Below are positions 62,892 through 64,000 of a stretch of 64,000 nt of DNA, one piece after another; the stretch's first letter is position 1; each line of letters opens with the position of its first letter. Under the pieces are notes generated by a model, which saw nothing but the letters and a program-made list of their open reading frames with translations, was not told where the DNA came from and made no database searches. A program made the translations under genes and the position numbers. This stretch comes from an uncultured Alphaproteobacteria bacterium (lineage in GTDB: Bacteria > Pseudomonadota > Alphaproteobacteria > Rhizobiales > Stappiaceae). The stretch is taken from the NCBI GenBank assembly GCA_963698365.1, contig CAVOQM010000015.1:9586-73585 (forward strand). Reading direction: 5' to 3'.

Positions 62892-64000
62892 TTGCAACGA
62901 TATTTGGCGGCAATACTTGCAGCGGATGTGGTCGATTACTCCCGCCTCATGGGTGAGGACGCGACCGGCACGCTGGCAATGCTCAAGGAACTGCGCAGCG
63001 AATTTCTGGAACCTGCCTTTGCAGAGCATCGCGGTGCGGTGATCAAACGCATGGGAGACGGCTGGCTGGTGGAATTTGCTTCCGCCGTCGACGCTATCGC
63101 TTGCGCGATCCGGATACAGGAACACCTTGCCAGTCATGGCAAGGTCAAGCTCAGGATCGGCGTCCATATCGGCGATGTCACCCACGAAGAAGAAGACATC
63201 TACGGCGACGGCGTCAACATCGCCGCCCGGCTTCAGGCAACCGCCGATCCGGGCGGGATCGTCATTTCCGAGTTCGCGCGGCGCAGCATCGACGACAAGC
63301 TTGCATCCGCCTTCTCCGATCTCGGCATCTTGAAGCTTAAAAACATCTCGCAGCCGGTGACCGCATTCGGGTGGGGAATGACGCCAGCTACAGAAGTCGC
63401 CGCGCTGCCGATGCCCGCCAAGCCATCGATCGCGGTCCTGCCCTTCGACAATATGTCGGGCGACCCGGAGCAGGACTATTTCTCCGACGGCATGACCGAA
63501 GACATCATCACGGATCTCTCGAAAGCGTCCGGCCTGTTCGTCATCGCCCGCAATTCCTCCTTTGCCTACAAGGGGAAAAGCCCTGATATCCGACAGGTTT
63601 CGCGCGAGCTGGGGGTCAAATACATTCTGGAAGGCAGCATACGCCGCGCCGGCAAGCGAGTGCGCATCAACGCCCAGTTGATCAACGGCACGGATGGCGG
63701 CCATGTCTGGGCCGAGCGCTACGACCGCGATCTGGAGGATATATTCGTCGTTCAGGACGATGTGACCCGGGAAATCGTCACAGCTCTCAAGGTCAATTTG
63801 ACCCCGCCGGAGGCGGCCAGACTTGAAGGCAAGACAAAGGTCAATCCGGAAGCGAATGACTATCTCTACCGTGGCCGCGCCCTGATCCTCAAATTCCAGC
63901 CCGACGCGCTGCTTGAAAGCCGGCGCATGTTGCAGCGTTCGTTGGAACTGGACCCCGATCAGGCCCAGGCCCATGCCTATCTGGCAATTGGATATTTCGT
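62892..64000 (+). CDS. Adenylate/guanylate cyclase-TolB_N-TPR protein (3'-partial)
   Basis: TTG start after aagggag; LAAILAADVVDYSRLM, MGDG, RIGVH.GDV, GDGVNIAARL, KPSIAVLPF.N. Confidence 0.9.
   Translation, partial: MQRYLAAILAADVVDYSRLMGEDATGTLAMLKELRSEFLEPAFAEHRGAVIKRMGDGWLVEFASAVDAIACAIRIQEHLASHGKVKLRIGVHIGDVTHEEEDIYGDGVNIAARLQATADPGGIVISEFARRSIDDKLASAFSDLGILKLKNISQPVTAFGWGMTPATEVAALPMPAKPSIAVLPFDNMSGDPEQDYFSDGMTEDIITDLSKASGLFVIARNSSFAYKGKSPDIRQVSRELGVKYILEGSIRRAGKRVRINAQLINGTDGGHVWAERYDRDLEDIFVVQDDVTREIVTALKVNLTPPEAARLEGKTKVNPEANDYLYRGRALILKFQPDALLESRRMLQRSLELDPDQAQAHAYLAIGYF

Overview
GC-rich alphaproteobacterial (Rhizobiales-like) chromosomal window. The core backbone carries cobT, rpmB, accA, pdxY, ispG, bdhA, folD, cnoX, ggt, asd, tRNA-Ala(CGC) and tRNA-Gly(GCC). 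It also holds an osmolyte block: an MttB-family methyltransferase with a StcD/HpbA-like demethylase and LysR, and the NAGGN operon with a divergent EctR/CosR-like MarR. Downstream of tRNA-Gly lies an accessory region of about 19 kb with redox/electrophile-stress modules (3 TetR, HxlR, RclC-like, YHS, 2 GST, 2 NTF2-like) and a partly AT-rich fucosylated-glycan cluster (GT25, GT11, GT10, 2 FkbM, gmd, fcl). About nine single-base frameshifts, including in ispG and asd, look like consensus errors. The best candidate for an undescribed element is a Thr/Lys(/Met)-rich leader peptide (MDDTR-MTTRKTKTTKTTA) with alternative RNA structures directly upstream of asd, a putative multi-amino-acid attenuator at the aspartate-pathway branch point. 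Other notable structures are a 6 x 39-bp palindromic tandem array, a duplicated 52-bp operator region and a 59-bp duplication of a gene 3' end flanking an inserted hydrolase. All calls come from reading the sequence; no database searches were run.
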